DNA of 64,000 nucleotides from Clostridia bacterium (GCA_024404095.1 JAKSQO010000001.1:7037-71036); one strand, 5' to 3'; positions 25,331 to 34,657 are shown, counted from the first letter of the stretch. Translations and numbers: made by a program. Notes: generated by a model not told the origin, from the sequence alone.

Positions 25331-27241
25331 TTAGACGCTGAGCACAAGTGCCTTTATCGCATTGTAAAACATAGCTGTGATTTTCTGTGCCGCAAGTGAC
25401 GGGATGAACTTCATTATGATATTGAGAAGACAATCATAATTTTTTTCTATATCAATTATAGAGTTACCGCTGTTTTCAACCTGCTCAGAGCCGCAAATTG
25501 TAAAGTCAAGCGTACGTGAACCGAACGGAGTTACAGAACCGACAAGAATGTAGTTAACGGTCACCTGAGTAAGAACGCAGTCAATATCGGGGATTTCTCC
25601 CTTAAAAGGAATCTCAATCTTACCGCCGACAGGAATTTCGGTCATAAACGAATTATCAAGTTTAATATCCATTCCGTCACACGAAACAGAGACAAGCCTT
25701 ACTTTATATTTTTCAGACACGTTTTCAACAATCAGCTTTGTGTCGCCTGAATTGACATAGCCCTCTGTGCTGTTGTCAAAATATGCAGTAACCGACTGAC
25801 AGCGGTTAGTGTCTGCGTGGAACTGCGGAAACTCCTTGCAGGTGTATATGCTGTGAAGATTATTCTTGAACATCAGCTCGGTGATAAGTGCCTCACAGTA
25901 TCTGCTCTTGATTGTCATGCCGTGATACAGTCCGTCAACAAACCACGTCTGCTCGGGAAGATAAGCGGTTGAAGCGTCGATTTCCATATCGGGAGAAACA
26001 TGACGGTGTGTTTTGTCCTTACATACAGTGCAAAGCGGCTGATATCCGTCATCAAAGCGCTGTCCGTAAGGTGCGCAGACGGCACCTGTTGCGGATGACG
26101 TCGGAATAATCGAATCGGAGTTTACGTTGTAGCCTGCAATGTCATTTGAACCGCAGCCTGCGAGAATATAAACATTGATACCGCTGTCAATACATTCCTG
26201 AAGCCGCTCACTCATCTGAGGATAAACCTCATAATGGAAGCGGTCAGATTTCGCAATAAGCTCGGCACTCTCAACGGGGTCGAGATATTGCTCTTTTATT
26301 TTATCATATTCTTTTGCGGGAACGAAGTCCCACATACTGCCCCAGTAGCCGAGAATCTCGTTGGCATAAGGCAGGAAATAATATAGTATATCATCAAGAA
26401 AATCGAGGTTTTCCTCGGCAAAAAGCCAATGGATATCTGTTTCAAACATCATTCCGTTTTCGATAAAGTACATCAGGTTTTCTTCGCCGAAATCAATATC
26501 TCTGCTGAAGAAATCATACGCAATTCCCGCACCGCCGATAGCAGGAACGGTAATAATTACATTATTGAGCTTATCGGCATCGCTTACACCGTAAAGATTA
26601 AGATAGGTTGCGCCTATCTGTCCGCCGTGGCTGACACAATAGAGATTGACCTTTTCTGCGCCTGTGTATTCAAGAACCTCGTCAACATAGCTGTCAAGCT
26701 CAGCGGCGCAGTCGATAGCGCCCATTCGGAAATCGGGATTAAAGTTAAATATATACTCTTTCCAATCCTCACCGAGGTAACTGCCGTACATCGCCATAAT
26801 TTCCGGCTCAAAAAGATATTTTCCGTCCTCATTTTCATAAAGATAAGCATAATTCGAGTCTGCGGCTGTGTTACAGTAGCGGTGCACATCGTGAGCACTT
26901 GTTCCGTCGGGGTTACAGCGAAGATTTTCAAACATTTTAACAAACTCACCGCCGACAACATCGGCTATGTATTTTGCGTCTCCCTTTGTCAGCCTGCCGA
27001 CGCCGATTGCGACATCAACAATTCGGGCGAGCACACGCATAACGATTTTATCCATCTCAATGCCCCACGCATGTGAGTGACTGCCGTCCTCATTGACAGC
27101 ATAAAGACTTGTCGAGCCATAGCCGGCAACAATTATTATCGGGTATGTGTTTTCCATATCCTCGGCGTTAAACGCAAGCGTCTGCGCACCGAGCAGGAAA
27201 GTCATGACAAGTGCGAGAAATAACGAAAGAATCTTTTTCAT
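25331..27241 (-). CDS. Secreted alpha/beta-hydrolase, lipase/esterase-like (LCAT/PGAP1-like pattern)
   Basis: 636 aa with signal peptide MKKILSLFLALVMTFLLGAQTLA. The nucleophile elbow is VSHGG, in YCVSHGGQIG. A large C-terminal beta-rich region ends in a hydrophobic helix. Confidence 0.6.
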   Translation of the reverse strand: MKKILSLFLALVMTFLLGAQTLAFNAEDMENTYPIIIVAGYGSTSLYAVNEDGSHSHAWGIEMDKIVMRVLARIVDVAIGVGRLTKGDAKYIADVVGGEFVKMFENLRCNPDGTSAHDVHRYCNTAADSNYAYLYENEDGKYLFEPEIMAMYGSYLGEDWKEYIFNFNPDFRMGAIDCAAELDSYVDEVLEYTGAEKVNLYCVSHGGQIGATYLNLYGVSDADKLNNVIITVPAIGGAGIAYDFFSRDIDFGEENLMYFIENGMMFETDIHWLFAEENLDFLDDILYYFLPYANEILGYWGSMWDFVPAKEYDKIKEQYLDPVESAELIAKSDRFHYEVYPQMSERLQECIDSGINVYILAGCGSNDIAGYNVNSDSIIPTSSATGAVCAPYGQRFDDGYQPLCTVCKDKTHRHVSPDMEIDASTAYLPEQTWFVDGLYHGMTIKSRYCEALITELMFKNNLHSIYTCKEFPQFHADTNRCQSVTAYFDNSTEGYVNSGDTKLIVENVSEKYKVRLVSVSCDGMDIKLDNSFMTEIPVGGKIEIPFKGEIPDIDCVLTQVTVNYILVGSVTPFGSRTLDFTICGSEQVENSGNSIIDIEKNYDCLLNIIMKFIPSLAAQKITAMFYNAIKALVLSV

Positions 27242-27264
27242 AGTAATACCCCTTTTTTATTGTA

Positions 27265-27804
27265 TTAAGAGAGACAATCTGGAATTTTCTGTGCACCCTC
27301 AAGGAGCTTTTCACGCTCTTTATAATCGGGCAAAACAGCTTCAATGCATTTGTAGAATTGTCTGCTGTGGTCGTGGTGAACAGTATGTGCGAGCTCATGA
27401 ACAACAACGTAATCAACCGCACTTTCGGGATACAGCATAAGAATGTACGAAAAACAAATATTATTCTTTGTGTTACAGCTTCCGAAACGCTTCTGAGCGG
27501 ATGTAATTTTCACAGAACTGAAGTCAACACCCATAATTTTCGCAAAGTATTCTGCCTTTTCGGGAAGAATCTTCTTTGCAAGAGCTTTGAGCTTAGCAAT
27601 TGTTTCTTCGTTAAGCTCAACCTTACCTGCTTTGACTTTCTGCTGCTTTTTCAGTGCGTTTTCTATCCATTCGGAGTGTTCGGAAAGAAATGTATCAATT
27701 TTTCGCTGTGAACAAAGCTTCGGCGCACGAACAATAATTTCACAGTTCTGTGTAATCTGAACGGCAAGAGTTTTTCTGCTTGATCGAATAATACTGTATT
27801 CCAT
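27265..27804 (-). CDS. DUF45/YgjP-like M48-family zinc metallohydrolase
   Basis: 179 aa. N-terminus is MEYSIIRSSRKTLAVQI and the HExxH motif is HELAHTVHHDHS. Confidence 0.8.
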   Translation of the reverse strand: MEYSIIRSSRKTLAVQITQNCEIIVRAPKLCSQRKIDTFLSEHSEWIENALKKQQKVKAGKVELNEETIAKLKALAKKILPEKAEYFAKIMGVDFSSVKITSAQKRFGSCNTKNNICFSYILMLYPESAVDYVVVHELAHTVHHDHSRQFYKCIEAVLPDYKEREKLLEGAQKIPDCLS

Positions 27805-27928
27805 ATTTCACCGCCTCGGCAATTTTTTCTTATTGTAACACAAATACTCTGAAAGTACAATTATAATTTGATTTTAATAAACTATTATGATATAATTTCT
27901 GCATATTACTGAATGCGAGGTAGATAAA

Positions 27929-29119
27929 ATGGTATCAGAATTGATGACTGAATACGGCAATAACCGCTGTCTTATAAGAGAAATAAGTGAAATCTGCAAC
28001 AAAAAAGCAGCTGAAATAGGAAGAGAAAATCTCTGCGATTTCAGCATCGGCAATCCGAGTGTACCCTCTCCCCTTGCTGTACGTGAAGCAATGCTTGACA
28101 TTCTCACGAATGAAAATCCGCTCAATATTCACAGCTACACGAGCGCGCCGGGTATGATGGAAACACGTGACGCTATCGCTGAAAATCTTAATAAGCGTTT
28201 CGGGACGAGCTACACAGGCAAGAATCTTTATATCACCTCGGGTGCGTCAACATCACTTGTATGTGCTATCAAGGCTGTGCTTAAGGACGCTGACAGCGAG
28301 ATTATCGGCATTGCTCCGTATTTTGCGGAGTATAAGGCTTTTACCGAGGGCAACGGCGGCAGGTTCAAGCTTGTTCCGGCGGATACAGAGAAATTTCAGA
28401 TAAATTTTGATGCTCTTGAAGCCCTGATAACAGAGAAAACTCAGGGTGTTATCATAAACTCACCTAACAATCCCTCAGGTGTTATTTATTCGGCTGAAAC
28501 TCTCAGAAAGCTCTCGGCTCTGCTTAAAGAAAAAAGCTGCGAGTACGGTCATATAATTTATCTGATTTCCGACGAGCCGTACCGTGAGCTTGTTTACGGT
28601 GATGAGCCTCTGCCCTTCACAGCTAAATTCTATAATAACACAATCGTTTGCTACTCTTACAGTAAATCATTTTCACTCCCGGGTGAAAGAATCGGTTATG
28701 TTCTTGTTCCCGGTGAAGCGGATAACTGGGAAGAGGTTTACAGCGCGGTTGCAGGCGGTGCTCGTGCTTCGGGCTTCATCTGCGCTCCGTCACTTATGCA
28801 GAAGGTTATCGCAAGATGTGCGGACATTGAGCCTGATATAAGCGTTTACAGAAAGAACCGTGATTTCCTTTATAAATCACTTACCGAAATCGGCTATGAA
28901 TGTGCCGAGCCGGCAGGAGCTTTCTATCTCTTTGTCAAGGCTCCGAACGGTGACGCAACACCGTTCTGCATGAAAGCGATGGAGGATAATCTCTTTATTG
29001 TTCCGGGTTCGGAATTTGGCTGTCCGACACATTTCAGAGCGGCGTACTGTGTTGACTATGAGATGATTGAACGCTCAATTCCGCTGTTCAAAAAAGCATT
29101 CGAGGAAGCGACAAAATGA
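27929..29119 (+). CDS. PLP-dependent aminotransferase, class I/II (aspartate/aromatic-type)
   Basis: 396 aa with motifs NPSGV and SYSKSFSLPGERIGY (PLP Lys). Its stop overlaps the next ATG (ATGA). Confidence 0.85.
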   Translation: MVSELMTEYGNNRCLIREISEICNKKAAEIGRENLCDFSIGNPSVPSPLAVREAMLDILTNENPLNIHSYTSAPGMMETRDAIAENLNKRFGTSYTGKNLYITSGASTSLVCAIKAVLKDADSEIIGIAPYFAEYKAFTEGNGGRFKLVPADTEKFQINFDALEALITEKTQGVIINSPNNPSGVIYSAETLRKLSALLKEKSCEYGHIIYLISDEPYRELVYGDEPLPFTAKFYNNTIVCYSYSKSFSLPGERIGYVLVPGEADNWEEVYSAVAGGARASGFICAPSLMQKVIARCADIEPDISVYRKNRDFLYKSLTEIGYECAEPAGAFYLFVKAPNGDATPFCMKAMEDNLFIVPGSEFGCPTHFRAAYCVDYEMIERSIPLFKKAFEEATK

Positions 29120-30267
29120 AAACAATAAAGCTTTATGATGAGGACAGTCATCTTTATAATTTTGAGGCTGAGGTTATCAGCTGTGAAAAATCAGATGATA
29201 AATATATAATCGTACTTGACCGCACGGCATTCTTTCCCGAGGGCGGCGGTCAGAAGTCAGATACTGGGTTTATAGAAAAATCTGCCGTAACTGATGTTCA
29301 GATAAGAAACAAGATAATTTATCACTATGCCGACTCCCCTGTTGAAGCCGGTCAGAGGGTTAAGTGCGGAATTGACGAAAGAAGGCGCTTCAGACATATG
29401 CAGAACCATTCGGGTGAGCATATTTTCTCCGGTATAGCGCACACGCTTTACGGCTGTGAAAATGTCGGCTTTCATCTCGGTGATGAGGTTACTGTTGACT
29501 TTGATATCGAGCTGAACGAAGCTCAGATCAGACGAATTGAAGCAAAAGCAAATGAAGCTGTATGTAAAAATCTTAAGATAACAGCCGAATATCCCGACAG
29601 TAAAACGCTTTCAACGCTTGATTACAGAAGCAAGCTTGAACTGACCGAGGACGTACGAATCGTAACGGTTGACGGTATTGATGTCTGCGCCTGTTGTGCG
29701 CCGCACGTAAGCTATACAGGCGAAATCGGTATTATTAAAGTATTGAACTTTATGCGACATCGCGGCGGTGTGCGTATATTTATCAAATGCGGACTTGACG
29801 CTTTTGAAGATTACTGTATCAAATGCAACAATCTTGCGAGAATTTCAACCGCCCTCTGCGCTAAGCAGAATGAAGCGGCGGATGTATTTGATAAATTCAG
29901 TAATGACACGCTTGAACTCAAGCAGAAGCTGACAAAGCTCAGCAAGGAGCTTGCAGCACTTAAGGCTCAGAGTATTGAGGATACCGACGGTAACATTTTA
30001 CTTTTTGAGGATGAATGCGATATGCCGACTCTGAGAACGGCCGTTCTCGACGGAGCAAAGCACGCGGGCGGTATTTGTGCAGGCTTTTCGGGTAATGATA
30101 AAAACGGATATATTTATGTTGCTTCAAGTCAGAACATCAAGCTCAGAGCTATGTCAAAAGAAATAAACACCGTCCTCAACGGCAAGGGCGGCGGCTCGGA
30201 TGAGCTGATTCAGGGAAGCGTTAAAGCTACACGTACGGAAATAGAAAAATATTTCAGCGAGGTATAA
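29116..30267 (+). CDS. Alanyl-tRNA editing protein AlaX-L type
   Basis: 383 aa. The second-additional-domain zinc motifs are HSGEHIFSG and CCAPHV. A C-terminal DHHA1-like segment is present (LNGKGGGS). Confidence 0.85.
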   Translation: MKTIKLYDEDSHLYNFEAEVISCEKSDDKYIIVLDRTAFFPEGGGQKSDTGFIEKSAVTDVQIRNKIIYHYADSPVEAGQRVKCGIDERRRFRHMQNHSGEHIFSGIAHTLYGCENVGFHLGDEVTVDFDIELNEAQIRRIEAKANEAVCKNLKITAEYPDSKTLSTLDYRSKLELTEDVRIVTVDGIDVCACCAPHVSYTGEIGIIKVLNFMRHRGGVRIFIKCGLDAFEDYCIKCNNLARISTALCAKQNEAADVFDKFSNDTLELKQKLTKLSKELAALKAQSIEDTDGNILLFEDECDMPTLRTAVLDGAKHAGGICAGFSGNDKNGYIYVASSQNIKLRAMSKEINTVLNGKGGGSDELIQGSVKATRTEIEKYFSEV

Positions 30268-30268
30268 A

Positions 30269-30850
30269 ATGAACATCTGTGTTTACGGTGCGTCAAGCAC
30301 AACAATTGACAAATCATATATCGAGGATGGAGAAAGGCTCGGCAGAATTATGGGAGAGCACGGCTTCGGACTTGTTTTCGGCGGCGGTGCGAACGGACTT
30401 ATGGGTGCGGTTGCACGCGGAGTTAATCAGGTCGGCAAGACAGAAATTATCGGTATAGCCCCTGCGTTCTTCAACGTTGACGGCATACTTTACGAGCATT
30501 GCACTCAGTTTATCTATCCCGAGAATATGCGTAAGAGAAAAGCAATTATGGAAGAGATGTCCGAAGCTTTTATCGTCACACCCGGCGGTATCGGAACGTT
30601 TGACGAATTCTTTGAGATCCTCACGCTCAAACAGCTCGGCAGACACAACAAGCCTATTGCACTTCTGAATACAAACGGCTACTATGATCATTTCAAATCG
30701 TTCATTCAGAACAGCATTGACGAGAATTTTCTCAATGAGGAATGTCATAAAATGTTTTTTATCTCTGACAGCTGCGAGGAAATAATCAGTTACATCGAAA
30801 ACTATAATCCCGAAGAAACTCCTGTATCAAAGTTTAAAAATATAAAATAA
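30269..30850 (+). CDS. LOG family protein (TIGR00730; nucleotide 5'-monophosphate nucleosidase type)
   Basis: 193 aa with motifs GGGANGLMG and PGGIGTFDEFFE. Confidence 0.9.
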   Translation: MNICVYGASSTTIDKSYIEDGERLGRIMGEHGFGLVFGGGANGLMGAVARGVNQVGKTEIIGIAPAFFNVDGILYEHCTQFIYPENMRKRKAIMEEMSEAFIVTPGGIGTFDEFFEILTLKQLGRHNKPIALLNTNGYYDHFKSFIQNSIDENFLNEECHKMFFISDSCEEIISYIENYNPEETPVSKFKNIK

Positions 30851-30853
30851 AAG

Positions 30854-30885
30854 AACGCTGAAGAGGAAAAATCCTTTTCAGCGTT
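30854..30885 (-). terminator. Terminator hairpin between convergent genes (better context on the minus strand)
   Basis: AACGCTGAA/TTCAGCGTT with inner AGGA/TCCT pairing. A T-rich tract follows on the minus strand. Confidence 0.6.
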
Positions 30886-30892
30886 AAAATCT

Positions 30893-31291
30893 TTACTGTG
30901 CGTTATTCGGATTATCAAAACGATAAATCTCACGGTTCTCAATATCCATATCGGGAATCATAATCGGCTGAATACCTGCGTTGGCTGTGATTGTTGTAAC
31001 AACAGCTCTTGCATACGGGAACAGCTCCTTATAAGTCTGAACGTGAAGAATCTCACGTGCGACATTTGTATCATACTCAAAAATACCTGCAAGAACAAGC
31101 TTAATATTGAACTGCTCGGGATTTGTCTTGTCTGTAATTGTAACAGTAAATTTGCCCTCGCAGATGCTTTGATTTGTATAGCGAACATTGTACGCATAGC
31201 TGTTTTTAAGCTCAATCTTAGTGTTGCCTCTGATTTTATTCACAAATTCGATTTCTTCAATTTTATATGCCTTAAGCTTTAAGTTTTTCAT
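30893..31291 (-). CDS. SecB-like chaperone
   Basis: I place the start at the ATG at 31291, after GAGGAG. The product is 132 aa. The segment LAGIFEY...LFPYARAVVTTITANAGIQPIMIP aligns by eye with E. coli SecB GGIFSI...[25 protein letters not shown]. Confidence 0.6.
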   Translation of the reverse strand: MKNLKLKAYKIEEIEFVNKIRGNTKIELKNSYAYNVRYTNQSICEGKFTVTITDKTNPEQFNIKLVLAGIFEYDTNVAREILHVQTYKELFPYARAVVTTITANAGIQPIMIPDMDIENREIYRFDNPNNAQ

Positions 31292-31418
31292 AACAGTTCT
31301 CCTCTTGTTAATATATATTGATTTTATCACATTAAATACAAATTTACAAGAAAAATATTTATACATTATTCTATACCTGACAAAATATAATATATTGATT
31401 ATAAAAATACAAATATAC

Positions 31419-31447
31419 TTGACTAATTCTTATGAAAATATTATAAT
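31419..31447 (+). promoter_or_regulatory. Sigma-A-type promoter of the TAXI-TRAP operon
   Basis: TTGACT (31419-31424), 17-nt spacer, TATAAT (31442-31447). Confidence 0.65.
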
Positions 31448-31497
31448 TAGTAATATTCAGGATAAAAATATCCGAAAAAGTGAAAGGAAGAAAACTT

Positions 31498-32472
31498 ATG
31501 AAAAGAATTCTCGCAGTTCTTCTTGCAGTTGCACTTGTTTTCTCATTTGCAGCCTGCGGAAAGACATCAGGTGGTAACGAACAGGCTCCTGTTAAGCTTC
31601 GTTTTGTAACAGGCGGCGAATCAGGTACATACTACGCATTCGGTTCAGTTATCGCACAGCACGCAACAAACAACACAAACGTTAAGGTTACAGGCGTTGT
31701 AGGTAACGGCTCACAGAAGAATATCGTTGAGCTTCAGGACGGCAACGCAGAGCTTGCATTCTGCCAGTCAGACGTTATGGCTTATGCTTATCAGGGCACA
31801 AACCTTTTCGCTGAGACAGGTAAGGTAGATTGCTTCAAGACTGTTGCAGCTCTTTACACAGAGCAGGTTCAGCTCATCACAACTGATCCTTCAATCAAGT
31901 CAGTTGCTGACCTCAAGGGCAAGAACGTTTCAATTGGCGCAGCAGGTTCAGGCGTTTACTTCAACGCTATCGACATCCTCGGTGTTTACGGTCTTACAGA
32001 AAAGGACATTAAGCCGACATACCAGTCATTCGGCGACAGCGCTGAGGCTATCAAGGACGGCCTTATCGATGCAGCATTCATCGTTGCAGGTGCTCCCACA
32101 TCAGCTGTTACAGACCTCGCTACAACAAAGAATGTTTACCTTGTATCACTTGATGACGAGCATATCAATAAGCTTATCGAAAAGTCACCCTTCTACTCAA
32201 AGTGCGTAATCCCCGCAGAAACATACAAGGGCGTTGCTGAAGCAACAACAGTTGGTGTTGGCGCAGTTATCATCGCTAAGGACACAGTTTCTGAGGATGC
32301 TATTTATGCTTTTGTAAAGGATATCTTTGATAACGCTGAATCACAGATTGGCGCACACGCAAAGTATGCCGAGCTTAGCCTTGAGTTTGCTTCATCAATC
32401 ACATCTGTTCCCTACCATGCAGGTGCTGCCAAGTACTTTGCAGAAAAGGGCATCACAGTTCCCACAGTTTAA
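31498..32472 (+). CDS. TAXI-family TRAP transporter solute-binding lipoprotein
   Basis: I place the start at the ATG at 31498, after AAAGGAAG. The lipobox is FSFAACG and the TAXI signature is GGESGTYYAFGSVIAQ. Confidence 0.85.
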   Translation: MKRILAVLLAVALVFSFAACGKTSGGNEQAPVKLRFVTGGESGTYYAFGSVIAQHATNNTNVKVTGVVGNGSQKNIVELQDGNAELAFCQSDVMAYAYQGTNLFAETGKVDCFKTVAALYTEQVQLITTDPSIKSVADLKGKNVSIGAAGSGVYFNAIDILGVYGLTEKDIKPTYQSFGDSAEAIKDGLIDAAFIVAGAPTSAVTDLATTKNVYLVSLDDEHINKLIEKSPFYSKCVIPAETYKGVAEATTVGVGAVIIAKDTVSEDAIYAFVKDIFDNAESQIGAHAKYAELSLEFASSITSVPYHAGAAKYFAEKGITVPTV

Positions 32473-32502
32473 TAGTAAAGCTGTAATTTAATTGTAAACA
32501 GA

Positions 32503-32536
32503 CTGCGGCAGCGTAAAACCTGCCGTAGTTATTTTA
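32503..32536 (+). terminator. Intra-operon hairpin/partial terminator between the SBP and permease genes
   Basis: CTGCGGCAG/CTGCCGTAG stem (one G-U) is followed by TTATTTTA. Confidence 0.5.
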
Positions 32537-32555
32537 TCGGAAAGGAGTGATTACG

Positions 32556-34589
32556 ATGAAGAAAAAAGGAAACACGGCTGAAGCTGTTGTTGATACAGCC
32601 TCAGAGCAGGATCTTGATGCAGTTATGCGAAAGTTTGACCGTGAGTCAAATACAAGGATCTGGGAAGGTAAACCGAAAATTGTTGTTACAATCATCATTG
32701 CACTTTTTGCGTTTTACTGTATTGCGATTGCATTCATGAAAACGCTTCCCGAAATCAAGCTTTCTTCTTTCCTCGGACTTATCACTATAATCGGATATAT
32801 CACATATCCGGCAAACAAGAAAAAGGTTAAAGTAAACTCAATGCCGATTTACGACATTCTGCTTATGGCTGTCGGTGCGGCGGCTTTCTTCTATTTTACA
32901 CTCAAGGCACAGGCTATGCAGCAGCCGGGTTATGTATATGAAATAACCGACATTCTTATCGGTGTCGTCGGCATTCTGATTATGGCTGAGCTTTGTCGCC
33001 GCTGTGTAGGTGTTCCGATTCTTTGTGTAGCGGGCGCATTGATAATTTATGCCTTTGTAAATCAGTTCTCATACGGTGCTGACATTTTCCAGGCTCTTAA
33101 GGTTATCATTTATAAGCTGTTCTACTCAACCAACGGAATCATCGGTACGCCTGTTGACGTATGTACAAAGTACATTGTTCTGTTCATAATTTTCGGTGCA
33201 TTCCTTGAAAGAACAGGCATTGCAAACTTCTTTATTGATTTTGCTAACAGAATTGCAGGCTGGTCAAGCGGCGGTCCTGCAAAGGTTGCGGTTATCTCAT
33301 CTGCCCTCTGCGGTATGGTTTCGGGTTCATCTGTCGGTAATACAGTTACAACAGGTTCTGTTACAATTCCGATGATGAAGAAAACAGGCTACAAACCTGA
33401 ATTTGCAGGTGCAGTTGAAGCCGCCGCATCAACAGGCGGTCAGATCATGCCCCCGATTATGGGTGCCGCAGCTTTCCTTATGGCTGAGTACATGAACCTC
33501 GATTACGGTTCAGTTGCAGTTAAAGCTATTCTTCCTGCAGTTCTTTATTTCACAGGTATTTTCATCGCGGTTCATCTTGAGGCTAAGAAGCTCGGACTTA
33601 AAGGTATTTCCGTAAAGGATCTTCCGAAGTTCAGCTACCTCTTCAAGAATATCTACCTCATGATTCCCCTTGTTGTTCTTGTTGCACTTGTTGCTTCAGG
33701 TAAGAACACAATGAGAATGGCTGCTGTAATTTCCATCGGTGCAGCTTTCCTTGTAGGCTTCATCAATTTCCTTACATCAGCTTTTGCTGAGAAGAAAAAC
33801 ACAGGTGACGGCGCAGGAAAGGTTATCGGCAAGACAGTTGCAAAGTCACTTAACGTAGGACTTGACGCACTTGTTGCAGGTGGTAAGGGTGCAATCACAG
33901 TTGCTGTTGCCTGCTCAATGGCAGGTATCATCGCAGGCTGTATCACAGTAACAGGTCTTGCATCAGTTCTTATCAACGGTATTGTTCAGATTGCAGGTAA
34001 TGCAAAGATTATCGGTCTTCTTCTTACAATGCTTTGCTGTATCGTTCTCGGCATGGGTGTTCCCACAACCGCAAACTACTGCATTATGGCTTCAACTTGT
34101 GCACCGATTCTTACACAGCTCGGCTTCCCTGTTGTTGCCGCTCATTTCTTCGTATTCTACTTCGGTATCGTTGCCGACATCACACCACCTGTTGCTTTGG
34201 CGGCTTACGCAGGATCTGCGATTGCAAAATCCAATCCGATGAAGACAGGTTTGAATGCAACGAAGCTTGCCATTGCGGCATTTATCGTTCCGTACATTTT
34301 CGCTTTCAGCCCCGAAATGCTCTTCGAGGGTGTTCAGCACTGGTACGAGGTACTTCAGATTGCCGCTACATCTCTTGTAGGTCTTTACGGTGTTGCCGCT
34401 GCTCTTAATGGTCACCTCTTCAAGAAGATTCCTGTTCCGTTCAGAATTCTCCTTGTTGCAGGCGGTATCGCAATGATGATTCCTGACACTACAACTGATA
34501 TCATCGGTTTCGCAGTTGTTGCCGCAATAACTGTTTTACAGTTATTAATGTCTAAGAAAAATAAGGCTACTCCCCTGCAGACCGCATAA
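32556..34589 (+). CDS. TRAP transporter fused permease (TAXI-associated DctQM-like)
   Basis: I place the start at the ATG at 32556, after AAAGGAG. The product is about 677 aa with many TM helices. The order downstream of a TAXI SBP is typical. Confidence 0.9.
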   Translation: MKKKGNTAEAVVDTASEQDLDAVMRKFDRESNTRIWEGKPKIVVTIIIALFAFYCIAIAFMKTLPEIKLSSFLGLITIIGYITYPANKKKVKVNSMPIYDILLMAVGAAAFFYFTLKAQAMQQPGYVYEITDILIGVVGILIMAELCRRCVGVPILCVAGALIIYAFVNQFSYGADIFQALKVIIYKLFYSTNGIIGTPVDVCTKYIVLFIIFGAFLERTGIANFFIDFANRIAGWSSGGPAKVAVISSALCGMVSGSSVGNTVTTGSVTIPMMKKTGYKPEFAGAVEAAASTGGQIMPPIMGAAAFLMAEYMNLDYGSVAVKAILPAVLYFTGIFIAVHLEAKKLGLKGISVKDLPKFSYLFKNIYLMIPLVVLVALVASGKNTMRMAAVISIGAAFLVGFINFLTSAFAEKKNTGDGAGKVIGKTVAKSLNVGLDALVAGGKGAITVAVACSMAGIIAGCITVTGLASVLINGIVQIAGNAKIIGLLLTMLCCIVLGMGVPTTANYCIMASTCAPILTQLGFPVVAAHFFVFYFGIVADITPPVALAAYAGSAIAKSNPMKTGLNATKLAIAAFIVPYIFAFSPEMLFEGVQHWYEVLQIAATSLVGLYGVAAALNGHLFKKIPVPFRILLVAGGIAMMIPDTTTDIIGFAVVAAITVLQLLMSKKNKATPLQTA

Positions 34590-34604
34590 ATCCGAATAAA
34601 AGCA

Positions 34605-34649
34605 AAAGTCATTCTGTCAGATAAATACTGCTCAGAATGACTTTTTTCT
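34605..34649 (+). terminator. Rho-independent terminator built from the TGTCATTCTGA-type inverted repeat, copy B
   Basis: 12-bp stem AAAGTCATTCTG/CAGAATGACTTT (34605-34616/34633-34644) is followed by a T run. Confidence 0.8.
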
Positions 34650-34657
34650 TAATAAAT

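Noticed and set aside
25311-25433. Upstream extension of the HD-protein ORF. The same issue applies to 18135-18191 for the phosphatase, 23651-23662 for ABC-F and 31292-31366 for the SecB-like gene.
   Set aside because: The extensions overlap the preceding gene or lack an RBS. Internal ATGs with good Shine-Dalgarno sequences remove the overlaps.
31221-31577. 118-aa ORF spanning the AT-rich divergent promoter region.
   Set aside because: It is composed of AT-rich intergenic DNA (Ile/Leu/Lys/Tyr-rich). It overlaps the promoter and the start of the TAXI gene in another frame.
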